A stretch of 64,000 nt of DNA from Prorocentrum cordatum (Eukaryota): assembly GCA_963575745.1 (NCBI GenBank), contig CAUYUJ010000145.1, forward strand, positions 1-64,000. Direction: 5' to 3'. This document shows, piece after piece, positions 26,101 to 38,050 of this stretch. Position 1 is the first letter of the stretch, and the number at the start of each line of letters is the position of its first letter. Under the pieces are notes generated by a model. The model did not search any database. It was not told the origin of the DNA and worked only from the letters and a program-made list of their open reading frames with translations. A program made the position numbers and the translations under genes.

Positions 26101-27143
26101 TCCTCATGCTCCGCCTCCTCCGCTTCCAGTTCCCAGTCTGACGGCAGCTCTCTGAACGAAATCGCGCCCCCTGGCGGCCCCTAGGGGGGGCGTGGGCAGA
26201 AGAGTGGGCAGGCGAAGGAGTTCGCACTTTCAATACTGACCATTCTGGGACCACGCAGGCCACGTCGGTTCGGCGCCAGCGCGCCCCGCGGGCGACGTCA
26301 TCTCCGTCGCCCGATAAACGCAAAATGTGCCACGTGCAGGGCACAACTGCCATGGCGAGGCAGATACTACAGTGCCTGCAGCATGTCCGCAAGTCACAGA
26401 CGACACGTAGAAACAAGCCTTTGAGATCAAACCCGCCCTGCCCACCCCAGGGGTCAAGGCCGCTTGGAACCATATTGAATCTACCCGGGACCTTCTCTGC
26501 TCCCCGCCCCCTTACCTGGCCCTCCGGGTCATATGAGGCAAATCTATGGCTATCCGAGGCCATCCCAAGGCTACTTCAGACTATCGGAGGAGGCTCCCAG
26601 GCCGTTCGGGAGAAGCCAGTAAACACAAAGTAGAGAGGCGACTGAAGAACAATGGGTTTGGCCCGCCCCCAGAAAGGGAAGGCACAAAGAAGCCGCCTGT
26701 GACTACCTACCAAGCCACGCCAACCCAACCGAAGTGACAGTAAGGCTCGTCGATTTCTGGTGGGGGGGCACTCAAGAACATTGAAAGAACACGGTAGAAG
26801 CCACACACACACAAACCCCAAACCGAAATTTGGGGGTGGTCTAGGGCCTTCGGGTTGGGTAGGGGTGGCCTGGTACGCAGTGCACTTCGATTGTTGAGTG
26901 AGCAGGCGCTGGAAGTGGACTGGGATCTAGGCTTGCAGACCCAGACATGAGACGTCCTGAATTTCTCAATACGGGGCCCCTGGAAGTCCCGACCCTTTCC
27001 CTGGGACGGGTTTCTCATCCTGCGTCGTTTTTGGACGGTCCTGAGGCCCGGCGAGGGCCCCCCGAGGCCTCAAATGGCCCAAAACCTGCCGTCCTGACTT
27101 TTCTTATGACGGCGCGATCATGTCTGGGACCTCATCATCCTGT

Positions 27144-27305
27144 TCAACCTCCTCCCCATCCTGCTCGACCTCCCGTCTCTCCGCGCCCGGGCTCCACGGG
27201 GCCCGGAAAGGCCTCGCGGGCGGCACCCGGCGCCCCCAGGCGGCGGTAGACCACCATGCGCACGCTAGCCGGGAAGGCGCCAGTGGCTTTCTCCGCGATG
27301 GCCTC
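27144..27305 (-). CDS. Last recognisable exon of ubiquitin-specific protease (3' limit uncertain)
   Basis: EAIAEKATGAFPASVRMVVYRRLG matches the USP terminal strand (AYxLxYxR). GAG|GAG acceptor. Reads to TGA at 27146-27144 unless spliced earlier. Confidence 0.65.
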   Translation of the reverse strand, partial: EAIAEKATGAFPASVRMVVYRRLGAPGAAREAFPGPVEPGRGETGGRAGWGGG

Positions 27306-27481
27306 CTCGGAGGAGCACCAAGAACAGGTAAGCTCAGGTCGGGCATGTCCCCCGACAGGCGGATTTTCGACAAAATAATACCCAAAGAATCAGAGTGAGG
27401 GGCCGAGCGGTCATTCGTTGTCCCTGGGTGCGTGGCTGAATGAGGAATTCGTGGTGGGAGATCTGCTTGTTGCGTTGTTGG

Positions 27482-27513
<32 letters not shown>

Positions 27514-28537
27514 GTGCTATTGAACTCTCTGAAGAATATTTATCGCTGATCCCCTTCACCGGTGCATGCCATTTTTCTCAATCAAAGTGTGCCTCTCGAC
27601 GCTTGCACTTTGTTTTTTTGACAGTGAAAATCTTGATGCTCAAATTGCGCCCCTGGCCCCCGGATTACAACAGCAACGGCTCCCGCTTCAGACTTCCTCA
27701 CAATTTACCTCGGACCCCCGCTTCCGCCCGAGACTTCCTCGCATTTTATTTAGGGATCGCGCTCTCGCTTGGGACTTCCTTGCATTTTATTCAGGAGTCA
27801 GGAGTCGCTTTCCCGGGGCTGTGGAGTCGCGCTCTCGCTGGAGACTTGCTTGCAATTTATTGAATAATGCCCTTGTTTTCGAATGTCCTGCAAATTTGCT
27901 GGAGCGCCGCGCTCCCGACACCCAGGCACGCAGGAGTCGCGCCCGTTGTGGCCCAATGTGCATGCCCTTCATGGCCCCGCTTTCGCTGTTTGTGGCCCCC
28001 TCACTGTCCTACGTGGCCCAGTTGCTACCCTCAGTGGCCCTATCGTTGCCGTCCGTGGCCCCGCATTATCTGCCCTTCGTGGCCCCCGCTCGTTCGCGCT
28101 CTTCGTGGCCCCATACGCATTCCCTTCGTGTCCCCGCTGTCGCCCTTCGTGGCCTACTTCGTGTCCTTCGTGGCCATGCTGTCGTTCTCTCTCGCTCTCG
28201 CTTTCGCTCGTCGTCGCCGTCGTCGTCGTCGCCGTCGTCGACGTCGTCGTCGTGGTCGGTCCCCCGTCCGTCCCTGTTGGGGTCGGGTGGACGGTCCGCG
28301 GCCGCCCCGCCGATCAGCGCTGCCGCTGGCCAGGCTGACGGTCCGCGGTCGCCCCGCCGCTTGCCGGGGCCCAGCCGGCAGGGAAGAAAGGTATACCCCC
28401 CAAAAAAGGGGTTCGATCGAAGACGAAGAGGGCGGGTATCGAGGGTTTTGGGAAATACGCTTTATTGGACACTCGAGCAGATAAGGGCGAACAGACTTAA
28501 AATGATTGTTGTGGTCGTCGTTGTTGTTTGTCGTCGC

Positions 28538-29042
28538 CCCACCCGCGCCCCACCCGCGACCCACCCGCGACCCACCCCGCGACCCAACAGCGACCCACCC
28601 GCGACAAAACCCGCGACCCACCCGAAACCCACCCCGCGACCCACCCGCGACCCACCCGCGACCCACCCCGCGACCCACCTGCGACCCAACCCGCGACCCA
28701 TCCGTGACCCATCCGCGACCCATCAGCGACCCACCCCGCGACCCACAAGCGACCCACCCCGCGACCCACCCTCAAGGGAGGAAAAACACCCGGACCCGAC
28801 AATTGACGTTTACTAAAGTGGCCCTGGGCGTTGACTAAACAGCCCTGCCCTGTTCGATTCATTCCTTGTGTGCGTTTACTAAACGGCTTCGCTTGTCGGG
28901 GTGATTCTTATGGGGTGGAATTTCTGCCCTCTACATCCGCGACCCACCCGCGACCCAACCCCGCGACCCAACAGCGACCCACCCGCGACAAAACCCGCGA
29001 CCCACCCGAAACCCACCCCGCGACCCACCCGCGACCTACCCA
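28538..29042 (+). repeat. (CCCACCCGCGA)n 11-12-bp minisatellite split by a dispersed repeat at ~28772-28905
   Basis: Directly visible. The insert is the reverse complement of ~51830-51963 and ~61843-61979. Confidence 0.85.
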
Positions 29043-29352
29043 CACTGGTTTAACGAAAAAATCGGCGTCTGCGGCGGGCTCGTTGTATAATTTGTGAAAC
29101 GTTGGCACCTGCTGCGGGCTTCTCCAGAATCTCGCAAATTGCCAACGTCCCCACCGCCCCCTCACTCTTTATCCGCATCTGCGGGGTGCCACGTAGAACA
29201 AAAATGCTCCAAAATAGTCACAATGAACGTCCCCCGACTGCTTTTTATAATTTTTGAACAGTCCTCCTGTAGAGGGACAGGCCCGACTTCACGGTAAGCA
29301 GGCGCACGGCCACAGATATGCAAGATGTTGCAGGGCCCCGCGGATCGCGTGG

Positions 29353-29991
29353 GTCGGCGCTGGACCCCAGCCCCTGCACACAAACCCTATGGCGCCGCCC
29401 TCGGAGCCGCGCACAGCGTGCAACGCGCGCCAGGCAGGGTGTGTGTGAGTGGGCGTGTGTGATGTGTGTTGTGTGTGAATTGTGTGTGTATGTCTGTTGT
29501 GTGTGCATGTGTGTGTTGTGTGTTGTGTGTGGGTTGTGCATTGTGTGCGTTGTGTGTGTATGTTTGGATATGTGTATGTGTTTGTGCTTGTGCTTGTGTG
29601 TGAATGTGTTTGTGCTTGTGTTTGTGCTTGTGTTGGTGCTTGTGGTTGTGGCTGTGTTTGTGTTCGTGCTCGTGTCGGCGTTTGTGTTTGTATGTGTTTC
29701 TGTGTGCGTGTTTATGTGCTTGTGTTCGGGTTTGTGTCTGTGCTTGTGCGTGTGCGTGTGCGTGCGCGTGTGCGTGTGGTTGTGCTTGTGTTTGTGTTTG
29801 TGTGCCTGGGGCTGTGTTTGTGTTATGTTTGTGCCTGTGCTTGTGCTTGTGTTTGTGTTTGTGTTTGTGCGTGCTTGTGTTTGTGTTTGGGTTTGTGTTT
29901 GTGTGTGCGTGCGTGCCTAAGTTGTGTTTTGTATGTGTGGTGTGTGTGTGTGTGTGTGCTGTGTTTGTGTGTGTGTGTGTCCAGCGCCGAC
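29353..29991. mobile_element. (TG)-rich tract bounded by 13-bp inverted repeats
   Basis: GTCGGCGCTGGAC (29353) ... GTCCAGCGCCGAC (29979). Confidence 0.5.
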
Positions 29992-30048
29992 TAGAATTCC
30001 ACGCGGATCTACACATCCGCATGCTTGTTCATGTGTAGCCTTCGGATC

Positions 30049-30666
30049 CTGCACGGCAGCGGTCGAGGAGAACTCGTTCACGAACTGATCATCAAAGCAC
30101 AGCCAGCTCGCGTCCTCCTGGCGCGCGAACGACACGTAGTGGCCGAACCCGCCGAAGCCCTGGTATATGATGAGGGCATGCGCCACGTACGTGTGCTGCT
30201 CTTGCCTCCAGCTGCAGAGCTTCTGGTGAATGCCCTCCACGTCCTCGGAGGTCAAGTGGCCACCCTGGACCAGCTGCTCCAGGGTATCGTTCGGAGTGTC
30301 CATGCCCCCGTCGAACACTAGGTCTGCGAGCTTCTGTGCGGTGTCGGCACCCAGCAGACCACACACGACAGTCTCTAGCTTCTCATCGTCCAGCGCGCCC
30401 CTCAGGAGCTCTGCGATGGGCACCTCCTTGACTGTCGCGTCGCTGCTGCATGCTGGATCTGAACTCGCACGTCCGTTCGAGGTGGCATCTGCCCCACTGG
30501 GCCCCCCTGGCGGCTGCGACGCCATGGCGAGCTCCAGGCCGGCGAGGAGCGCCTCGGGCGTCAGCTGCGCCGTGAAGGGCGCGAGGCTGAGGCACTCCTC
30601 CCAGTTCAGCTGCGTGACCTCGCGCACGGCGAAGCAGAGGAACGGCGGAAGCACGCGAAAGCGCTC
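30049..30666 (-). CDS. USP exon containing the His box
   Basis: ERFRVLPPFLCFAVRE...YVAHALIIYQGFGGFGHYVSFARQEDASWLCFDDQFV: the peptidase C19 GHY...WxxFDDxxV motif. Confidence 0.9.
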
Positions 30667-30858
30667 CTGATGGGCCTGTCTTCCACCACCACCACCATAA
30701 GTTGGAGGGGGGAAGGAGGTGGAGGACGTGGTGGAGGAGGACGAAGAGGAGGAGGAGGAGGAGGAGGAGGAGGAGGAGGAGGAGGAGAAGGGGGGGGAGG
30801 AGGAAGACCCCCTCCCCCTCCAACTCATGGTGGTGGTGGTGGAAAACAAGCCCATCAG
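30667..30858. mobile_element. Introner: 192-bp TIR element with a (GGA)n core that forms a complete intron
   Basis: ~45-bp TIRs CTGATGGGC(C/T)TGT(C/T)TTCCACCACCACCACCAT(A/G)AGTTGGAGGGGG. 3-bp TSD CTC at 30664-30666 and 30859-30861. Confidence 0.88.
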
Positions 30859-30861
30859 CTC

Positions 30862-30984
30862 CCGCGTCCACAGCAGCTCTTTGCCCCCAGTGCGCGTCCA
30901 GCCCGTGAAGTCCCGCAACGCCTGGGCCAGCGTCCGGTTGCCCCGCTGCACCGGGATGCAGAGGAACTGCCTGTCGGAGCAGTC
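30862..30984 (-). CDS. USP exon
   Basis: DCSDRQFLCIPVQRGNRTLAQALRDFTGW...WTR (FxxLxV...TLxxALxxF). CAG|GAC acceptor, 41 codons. Confidence 0.8.
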
Positions 30985-31824
30985 CTGGCGGCCGGCCGCG
31001 GGGCTGCTTTTTGTTTTTGAAGATGGCCCCGGGTGGCTCCCTCCAGCACGGCCCTAGATAGCCCAAAAGAGCCCCGAAGATCGCGAAAGGTGGTCCAGCT
31101 CCGTCCAAGGCGGCCTGTAGCGTGCCTCCAAGAGGCACCAAGGACGGCCCCTGAGGTTGCCACGTAGCCTCCCCAAGGATAATTACCCCCGAGAGGTCAA
31201 CACTGGCCATGGGCATGGTGTTTTGTTGACATGATGTGTGCCTTTTCGCTTTCGACGGGCATCCGAGGCCTCAAGATGGGCTCCACCAGGGATGGATGAG
31301 CAGCAGCAGAAGGAGCAGGAGATGAGGGAGGCGGGGCAGCAGCAGGAGGGAGGGGAAGGTGAGGCGACGCCAGCGACGACAAGGCCGACGACCACGGCGA
31401 CGCAACGATGACGCCAGCTATGACCAGAGCGACGTCGACGTGGACGACGACGCTGGAGCGACGCTAGCGACGCCGAAGGTGACGGCAGCAACGACCCTCG
31501 GTGACGGCCCGTGGTAACGGCGACGATGGCGTCGGCGACGATTCGGCGGCGTCCGAGAGGCGTCCGAGAGGGGGGCTCGCAAATCCTCGCCCGAAGCGTG
31601 TTGACGGCGGCGACGACGACGGCGGCGGCAACCGCGACGGCCCCCCGCCGCGCCTGGGGGCACCAAGGGGTACCGATACCGCTGTTGCCCGGACCTCTCC
31701 TGGGGGGGGCGCGTTCTGCCCAGGCTTGCGAGGCGAATCCAGCGGTGGCGACGAGGGCCTCCCAGGAGGCCGAAAAAAGAGGAAACCGGGGCGAAGGGCA
31801 GCGGTATGGGTACCTTCTCCTTCT

Positions 31825-32180
31825 CTGCTGGGCCTGTTTTCCACCACCACCACCATAAGTTGGATGGGGCAAGGAGGAGGAGGAGGAGGCGGAGGAGGAG
31901 GAGGAGGAGGAGGAGGAGGAGGTGGGGGAGGAGGGGAGGAGGAGGAGGAGGAGGAGGAGGAGAGAGGAGGAGGAGGAGGAGGAGGGAGGAGGAGGAGAGG
32001 AGGAGGAGGAGGAGGAGGAGAGGAAGAGGAGGAGGAGGAGGAGGAGGAGGAGAAAGAGGAGGAGAAAGAGGAGGAGAAAGAGGAGGAGGAAGAGGAGGAG
32101 GAGGAGGTGGGGGACGAGGACGAGGACCCCCTCCCCCTCCAGCTTGTGGTGGTGCCCGTGGCGGAAGACAGGCCCCTCCT
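31825..32180. mobile_element. Second, older copy of the introner family, inside an intron
   Basis: CTGCTGGGCCTGTTTTCCACCACCACCACCATAAGTTGG ... CCAGCTTGTGGTGGTGCCCGTGGCGGAAGACAGGCCC, with a longer GGA core. Confidence 0.8.
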
Positions 32181-32196
32181 TCTCGGAGGGCCGGTC

Positions 32197-32326
32197 CTCG
32201 GAGAGCGGGTAGCCGACGACGCTGGCGCCGTCGGCCGTCCGCGCGAGGGGCTCGAAGGCGGGCGCGGCGTCGCCGCCGGGGGCGGCGCAGCGCGCGTGCA
32301 CCTCGTAGGTGCGCCCCGAGAAGAGC
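32197..32326 (-). CDS. USP exon
   Basis: (R)LFSGRTYEVHARC...GYPLSE has the LFxG motif. Its phase-2 start is compatible with the upstream exon. Confidence 0.75.
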
Positions 32327-32380
32327 CTGGGCGGCGGCGGCGGCGGGGTCGAGGACGATACTTTGTGGTCTGCGGGTCTT

Positions 32381-32589
32381 TGGACGCCCGAAATGGGTAC
32401 GGAAAGAATGGGCACAATGCCCAACAACAAATGTTGTCCCAAACCAACAGCGGCCGCTGTTGGGCAGGCGGCCTTCTGTCTCAAATGAACACAGGCCGCG
32501 GCGGCGTGGACAGCGAATCCGGTTCAAAATGAACAGGAACTGCTGTTGGGCATTGTACCCATTCTTTCCGTGCCCATTTCGGGCGTCCA
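32381..32589. mobile_element. MITE family B, copy 2 (~49-bp TIRs)
   Basis: TGGACGCCCGAAATGGGTACGGAAAGAATGGGCACAATGCCCAACAACA ... TGCTGTTGGGCATTGTACCCATTCTTTCCGTGCCCATTTCGGGCGTCCA. Confidence 0.85.
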
Positions 32590-32774
32590 GAGGGTCGAGA
32601 GCGAGCCTCTTCCGGTTCAGAGCTAGGCGGGCCGCGCAAAGCACTAATTGGGGAGGCAGAGCGCAGGCGGGCGGGGCCTCAGGTGGCCGGAGGGCGCGGG
32701 GTGTAGGCGGTGCTAAGGAGCTTGTCAAGGACGACACACCGGGCGTTGTTAAAGGCAGACCTGGCCCAGGGTTC

Positions 32775-32923
32775 AGTCGGGCATGTCCTCCCACAGGCGG
32801 ATTCGGGGGGGAAAAAGCTGACCAAAATATTGAAAGATTGTCAAGAATGGTCGAGAAGTCGTCCCCCTGACTATGTTTCGACTATTTTGGGATACTCCTC
32901 CTGTAGAGGGACAGGCCCGACTT
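32775..32923. mobile_element. MITE family C (other ends at ~27337, ~29262-29289, ~33599)
   Basis: AGTCGGGCATGTCCTCCCACAGGCGGA ... TCCTCCTGTAGAGGGACAGGCCCGACT. Confidence 0.7.
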
Positions 32924-33721
32924 AAGCCCAAGGTGTTCCCAGTTGTCCTCACCATTTGGGAGCCCCATCAGGCCCCCCCTCAGTGCTCTCTGGAGGCCAT
33001 CCGGGCCTCCCCTGGGAAAGCTGGGGTCACATTTGTGCCAGGGCCACTTCTGGAAATACCAGAAACGAGGATGACGGCGAGTACCTGGATCAGCTAGAAG
33101 AGCGAACGAGATCGACAACGACGATCACGCCGAAACGGACGACGACGACAGTATCGAAGGAGGTCTCCAGAGGCCTCTGAAAATTTCACGAGACCTCCAC
33201 CTCGGAAAAGACACTTTCTGTGGTCGCTTGTAGGATCCCCCCGGGGTTGGCCATGTCGGGGCAATCCCAACCAACTGGTACTTCGGTACTTCTTCCAACC
33301 AACACGAAAAGCCAAACCAGCCAAATAACCTCACTGTATGATTATCACCGTGAGGAGATGACAGTTTACATACAAAAACCAAATAAACTGCTTATGCGTG
33401 CGCCTGTTATACCAACAACTAACATGACTGCCCAGGTTGTCACAAAACGGCTTGCGAAGATGTGGAACTCAAGATGTAGATGTGGATGGCGGTGCTAATG
33501 AATAGGCACTCTTATCCCCTCGAACAAAACCAGAATAGAATCCCCATTCAAACCGCTTAAGGGTTCACATGGGGTCTTTACAAGTTAAGGGCTTGTTAGG
33601 TCGGGCATGTCCCCCTACAGGCGGATGTTGGACGGAACCTTAAAAAAAAACATGCCCAAACATCATCAAACAATCATTGAAACATCGTCTCATGACTATG
33701 GTTTGACCATGTGTGAATATT

Positions 33722-34146
33722 CCTAAAGCTAAGGGCTTAAGCTAAAGGGCATAAAAGGTTTAAGAGCTTAACGGTTTAAGGACTTAAGTGTTCAAGGGGT
33801 AGAATGTTCAGTGGTTAAGGGCTTAGAGGTTTAAGGGAGTAAGGGTTTAAGGGCTTCAAGGTTTACACGCTTCAACGTTTAAGGACTTGACGGCTTATGA
33901 GCGTAGGATCTTCAAGGTTTACGGGTTGTCTGGGTTTTCACTTTAAGGGTATAAGGCTTCCAGCGTTTAAAACGAACCGGCTTGACGGATCAAGGGCTTA
34001 ACGGTTTAACAGTTTACGAGTTAAGGGTGTAAGTGCTTAAGGGTTACGGATTGAAGGGCAGAATTAAGGGTTTGAGAAATTAGGGGCTTGGGGGTTTGAG
34101 GATTGAACGGTTTGAGGGCTTAGGGTGTAAAGGGCTTAAGGGCTTG
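33722..34146 (+). repeat. Degenerate AT-rich (TTAAGGG[C/T])n array
   Basis: Recurrent TTAAGGG/TTTAAGG units. Confidence 0.7.
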
Positions 34147-34169
34147 ATTCATGCTCTGGGGAATTGAGA

Positions 34170-34335
34170 CACCTCTCAGAGCCACCTGTAAGACGCTTGT
34201 CAGAGACGCCTCTCAGAGACGCCTGTAAGACGCTTCTCAGAGACGCCTGAAAGACCCCTCTCAGAGACGCCTGTAAAACGCCGCTCAGAGACGCATCTCA
34301 AAGACGCCTCTCAGAGACGACTGTGAGATGCCTCG
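34170..34335 (+). repeat. Short tandem repeat TCTCAGAGACGCC/TGTAAGACGC
   Basis: Directly visible. Confidence 0.8.
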
Positions 34336-34419
34336 CAGGGGCGCTCCAAAAATGGTTCGAATTATGCTAAAGTGCTTGCAATTTGTTTTCGTTGTCTGTA
34401 ACTTGTCCCATACCTAGGG

Positions 34420-35000
34420 GGCGACGACGACGGCGCCGTGCTCGTCGTCGTCGTCGCCGTCCTCGTCGTCGCCGGCGTCGGCGTCGTGCTCGGCGTGGTT
34501 ATCGGCGTCGGCGTCGTCATCGCCGCAGTCGTCATCGGCGGCGTCGGCGTCGGCATCATCGTTGTCGTCGTCGTCGTCGACGTCAGCGTCGGCCTCGGTG
34601 TCGGAGTCGTCGCCAACTTCGGACTCGGCGTCGGTATCGGTGTCGGCACCAGGCGTCGTCGTCGGCATCGGCGTCTGCATCGGCGACGGCGTCGGCGCTA
34701 GCGTCGGCGTCGTTGTCGGCGTCGTGCTCGGCGGCGTGCTCGGCGTGCGTCGGCGTCGGCGTCGACATCGGCGTCGGCGTCGTTGTCGGCGACGTCGGCG
34801 AAGTGCTTGGCATCGTGCTCGGCGTGGTCGTCATCATTGGAGTCGTCGTCGGTGTCGGCGTCGACGTCGGCGTCGGCGTCGTCGACGTCGAGCTCTGCGT
34901 CGTGCTCGGCGTCGTGCTCGGCGTCGTCGTCGTCGTCGTCATCGCCGGCGTCGGAGTCGGCGTCGGCGTCGTGCTCGGCGTCGTAGTTGGCGTCGGCGTA

Positions 35001-35073
<73 letters not shown>

Positions 35074-35621
35074 GCGTCGGCGTCGTCGTCGGCGTCGTCA
35101 TCGTCGACGTCGGCATCGGCGTCGTGCTCGGCGTCATGCTCGGCATCGTCGTCATTGTCGGGGTCGTGCTCGGCGTCGTGCTCGGCGTCGACGTCGGTAT
35201 CGGCGTCGGCGTCGTCGGCATCGTGCTCGGCGTTGTGTCGGTATCGTGCTCGGCATCGACGCCGTCGTCGTCGTCGCCGGCGTGAGCATCGGCGTCGGCG
35301 TCGGCGTCATGCTCGGCGTCGTTGACGGCGTCGGTGCGTCGTCGTCGTCGTGGGCGTGAGCGTCGGCGTCGGCGACAGCGTAATCGTCGCCGTCGATGTC
35401 GGCGTCGGCGTAGTGCTCGGCGTCGTGCTCTCCATCGGCGGCGTCATCGTCGTCGTCGGCGTCGGCGCCGGCGGAGGCGTCGTTGTTGGTGTCGTGCTCG
35501 GCGTCGTGCTCGGCGTCGTCAAAGGAGTCTGCATCGGCCATCGGCGTCGGCGTCGGCGTCGCTGGCGGCGTCGTCGTCGGCATCGTGCTCGGCGTCGTCC
35601 TCGTCGTCGGCGGCTTTGGTG

Positions 35622-35685
<64 letters not shown>

Positions 35686-35686
35686 T

Positions 35687-35720
<34 letters not shown>

Positions 35721-35827
35721 TCGTCGTCGTCGTTGGCGCGTCCTCGTCGCCTTTGTTGTCTTCGCTATCGGCGCCGCCGCTGTCGTGTCGTCGTCGTCGT
35801 CGTCCTGATCGTCGTCGTCGTCATCGT
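34420..35827. repeat. (GTC)n/(GGCGTC)n/(GTGCTCGGCGTC)n CpG-rich microsatellite
   Basis: Directly visible. Confidence 0.95.
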
Positions 35828-36494
35828 TGCCTTCCCCCCCCCCCGAGTTCGAATCCTCGGGGGGTGGGGTTCACCCCCCTTCCCCCCCTGTTCCGAGGAG
35901 GGCGGATTCCGGGCCCACCCCCCGCCTCCCAGGTTCGAAGCCAGGGGGGGAAGAGTTTATCCCCCCCTCCCCGGGTTTCCGGGGGGGGGCAGTTTTGTCC
36001 AAGCAAACGCCCGCGAAAGGCGCTCTCTCCCACCTCGAGGTCTTCGGAGGCCTCTGGGAGGAAACACGAGATAGAGGACGTCCACGGGAAACTCGAGCCG
36101 CGAACCTCAATCCTCTGGCCTCGATCCTGCGACCCCTCCCGGGACCGGCAATTGGACCATCCACAACCCGAACCGGGCCACCAGAGGCCGAAGCCGAGTC
36201 GACCCTTCGACGACGTCGACGACGACGGCGCTGGCGGCGGGGGCAAAGGGAGCGAAAGCGGCGGCGGCGACGACCGCGGCCCCCCCTGCGCGCCGATCGA
36301 TCCTCGAGCGATCGATCGATCAAGCGATCGATCCTCGATCGAGCGATCGATCCAGCGGCGGCGACTGCGACGGCCAGGCCCAGGACGGCGAAGGCGGCGC
36401 GGAGGGCGGCGCCGGAGGCGCCGACGCCGACGCCGAGGACGGCCGCCGGTCGAGCCTCGGACGGCCGATCTCCGTCGAGCGGCCCGGGCGGCGC

Positions 36495-36583
36495 CTGCCG
36501 AAGAGGTCGCCGACGGCGCCGGGGGCGCCCCCGAGGTCGCCCTGGAGCAGCGCGGAGACGCGGTGGAGCAGCTCGTCGCTGTC
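36495..36583 (-). CDS. USP exon (Asp box, second half)
   Basis: DSDELLHRVSALLQ...DLFG completes QQDxxE(F/L)L. GC donor, phase 2. Confidence 0.82.
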
Positions 36584-37789
36584 CTGCGGGGTGCCCGAGG
36601 GGGGCGAGCCCGTCGGCCCTCCTCGCCCCGAGGGGGGGGGGGGGTTGGGCAGCAGCGGCGGCCTGGCCACGGAAAGGCGCAGATCGCCGCCCTCCGTTCC
36701 CCCGCCCCCGCGCCGCCGCATCGGCGGGCGCTGCGGAGGAGGAGGAGGAGGAGGAGGAGGAGGACCAGGAGGAGGAGTGGGAGGTGGAGGGGGAGGAGGA
36801 GCAGCGAGTGGGGCAGCAGGAAGTAAGAGTGGGGAGGAGGAAGCAAGGAGAAGAAGGAACGTGGAGGAGGAGGAGGAGGAACTGGAGGAGGAGGAAGAGG
36901 AGGAGGAGGGAAAAATGAAGGATGAGGAGGCAGGGGAGAAAGAGCGGGTAGCAACGAATAAGGAGGAGAAAGAAGTTGGGGAGGACAAGAAACAGGAGAA
37001 GGAAGAGCAGAAAAGAGGACAAGGAATGAGCGGAAATGGATCGAAAGGAGCGGGGTGGAATGGGGAGGAAGAAGAAGAGGAGGGGGAGGAGGAGGGGAGG
37101 AGGAGGAGGAGGAGGAGGAGGAGGAGACAGGAAGGAGGTAGCAGGAGGTGTGGAACAGAAGCAGGGATGAGGAGTGAGGACGACGAGGAAGAGACAGAAA
37201 CTGGATCATATCACGCAGTAGCTCTGATACTCCTCAACGAAGCGGCCACATCGCACTTCCTAGGGGGTAAAGAGCAGTGGGACTACACGGGTAAACGCTA
37301 AGGCATGCTTACATGACTTACGAAAGCCGCAGAATCCAGCAATCTGACGGAGGGCGAACGACGGGACGGGGACGACCAAGATGTGCGAGAGAGGCCACGG
37401 AACCAGAAGTAACCAATGACATCGGAGACCCCACCCACCTTTAAAATAATCTGGGGCCCGTTCGGCAAATCACGTCTCGGACCGAGTCCGCGCGCAGTGC
37501 GCGGTGCACGCCCGCACGGACGCCAACCAGACAGTGCGCTGACTGCTCGGATCAGGAGGGGCAAGGTCGCAGCGCAGAGAAGCGAGGCCGAGTAGGGGAT
37601 CGGCTACATACTTGATTTCCCCAATAGTGTTTTCTTCGTCGGATCTGCGGGCAAAGACGTCGGAATGTTCCGCGGACCAACGGAACAGCATACGCGCTGT
37701 TTCGTGAAGCCGACGAGACACACAACGATGAGGTAGCTCAACTCTGCAGTCCATCTCCTGCTCGACGAGGGGAGCACCTGGCCCTGACA

Positions 37790-38050
37790 ACAGAGCAAAA
37801 CAACAGGCAACGCGAGGCGCCACACCGCGGCAGCCCCTGCCGGGAACGCGCGCCACCCGTGCAGAGCCCCGCCCAGCCCGTCGGGAGGCCAACGAGAGGC
37901 GGCGTGCTTCTCACGAGCTGTAACAAAGCAAAACAACGGACAACGCGAAGCGCCAAACCGCGGCAGCCCTTGCCGGAACGCGCGCCACCCGTGCAGCACC
38001 CCGCCCAGCCCGTCGGGAGACCAGCGAGAGGCGGCGTGCCTCTCACGAGC
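37790..38050 (+). repeat. Two tandem copies of a ~131-bp unit
   Basis: GGAACGCGCGCCACCCGTGCAG..CCCCGCCCAGCCCGTCGGGAG...TCTCACGAGC occurs twice. Confidence 0.85.

Noticed and set aside
26310..26420. RING-like CSICL...PC on the minus strand
   Set aside because: The remaining Zn ligands are absent.
34342..34358. Third SL relic (CCATTTTTGGAGC, minus strand)
   Set aside because: Lacks the CTCAAG end and has no ORF behind it.
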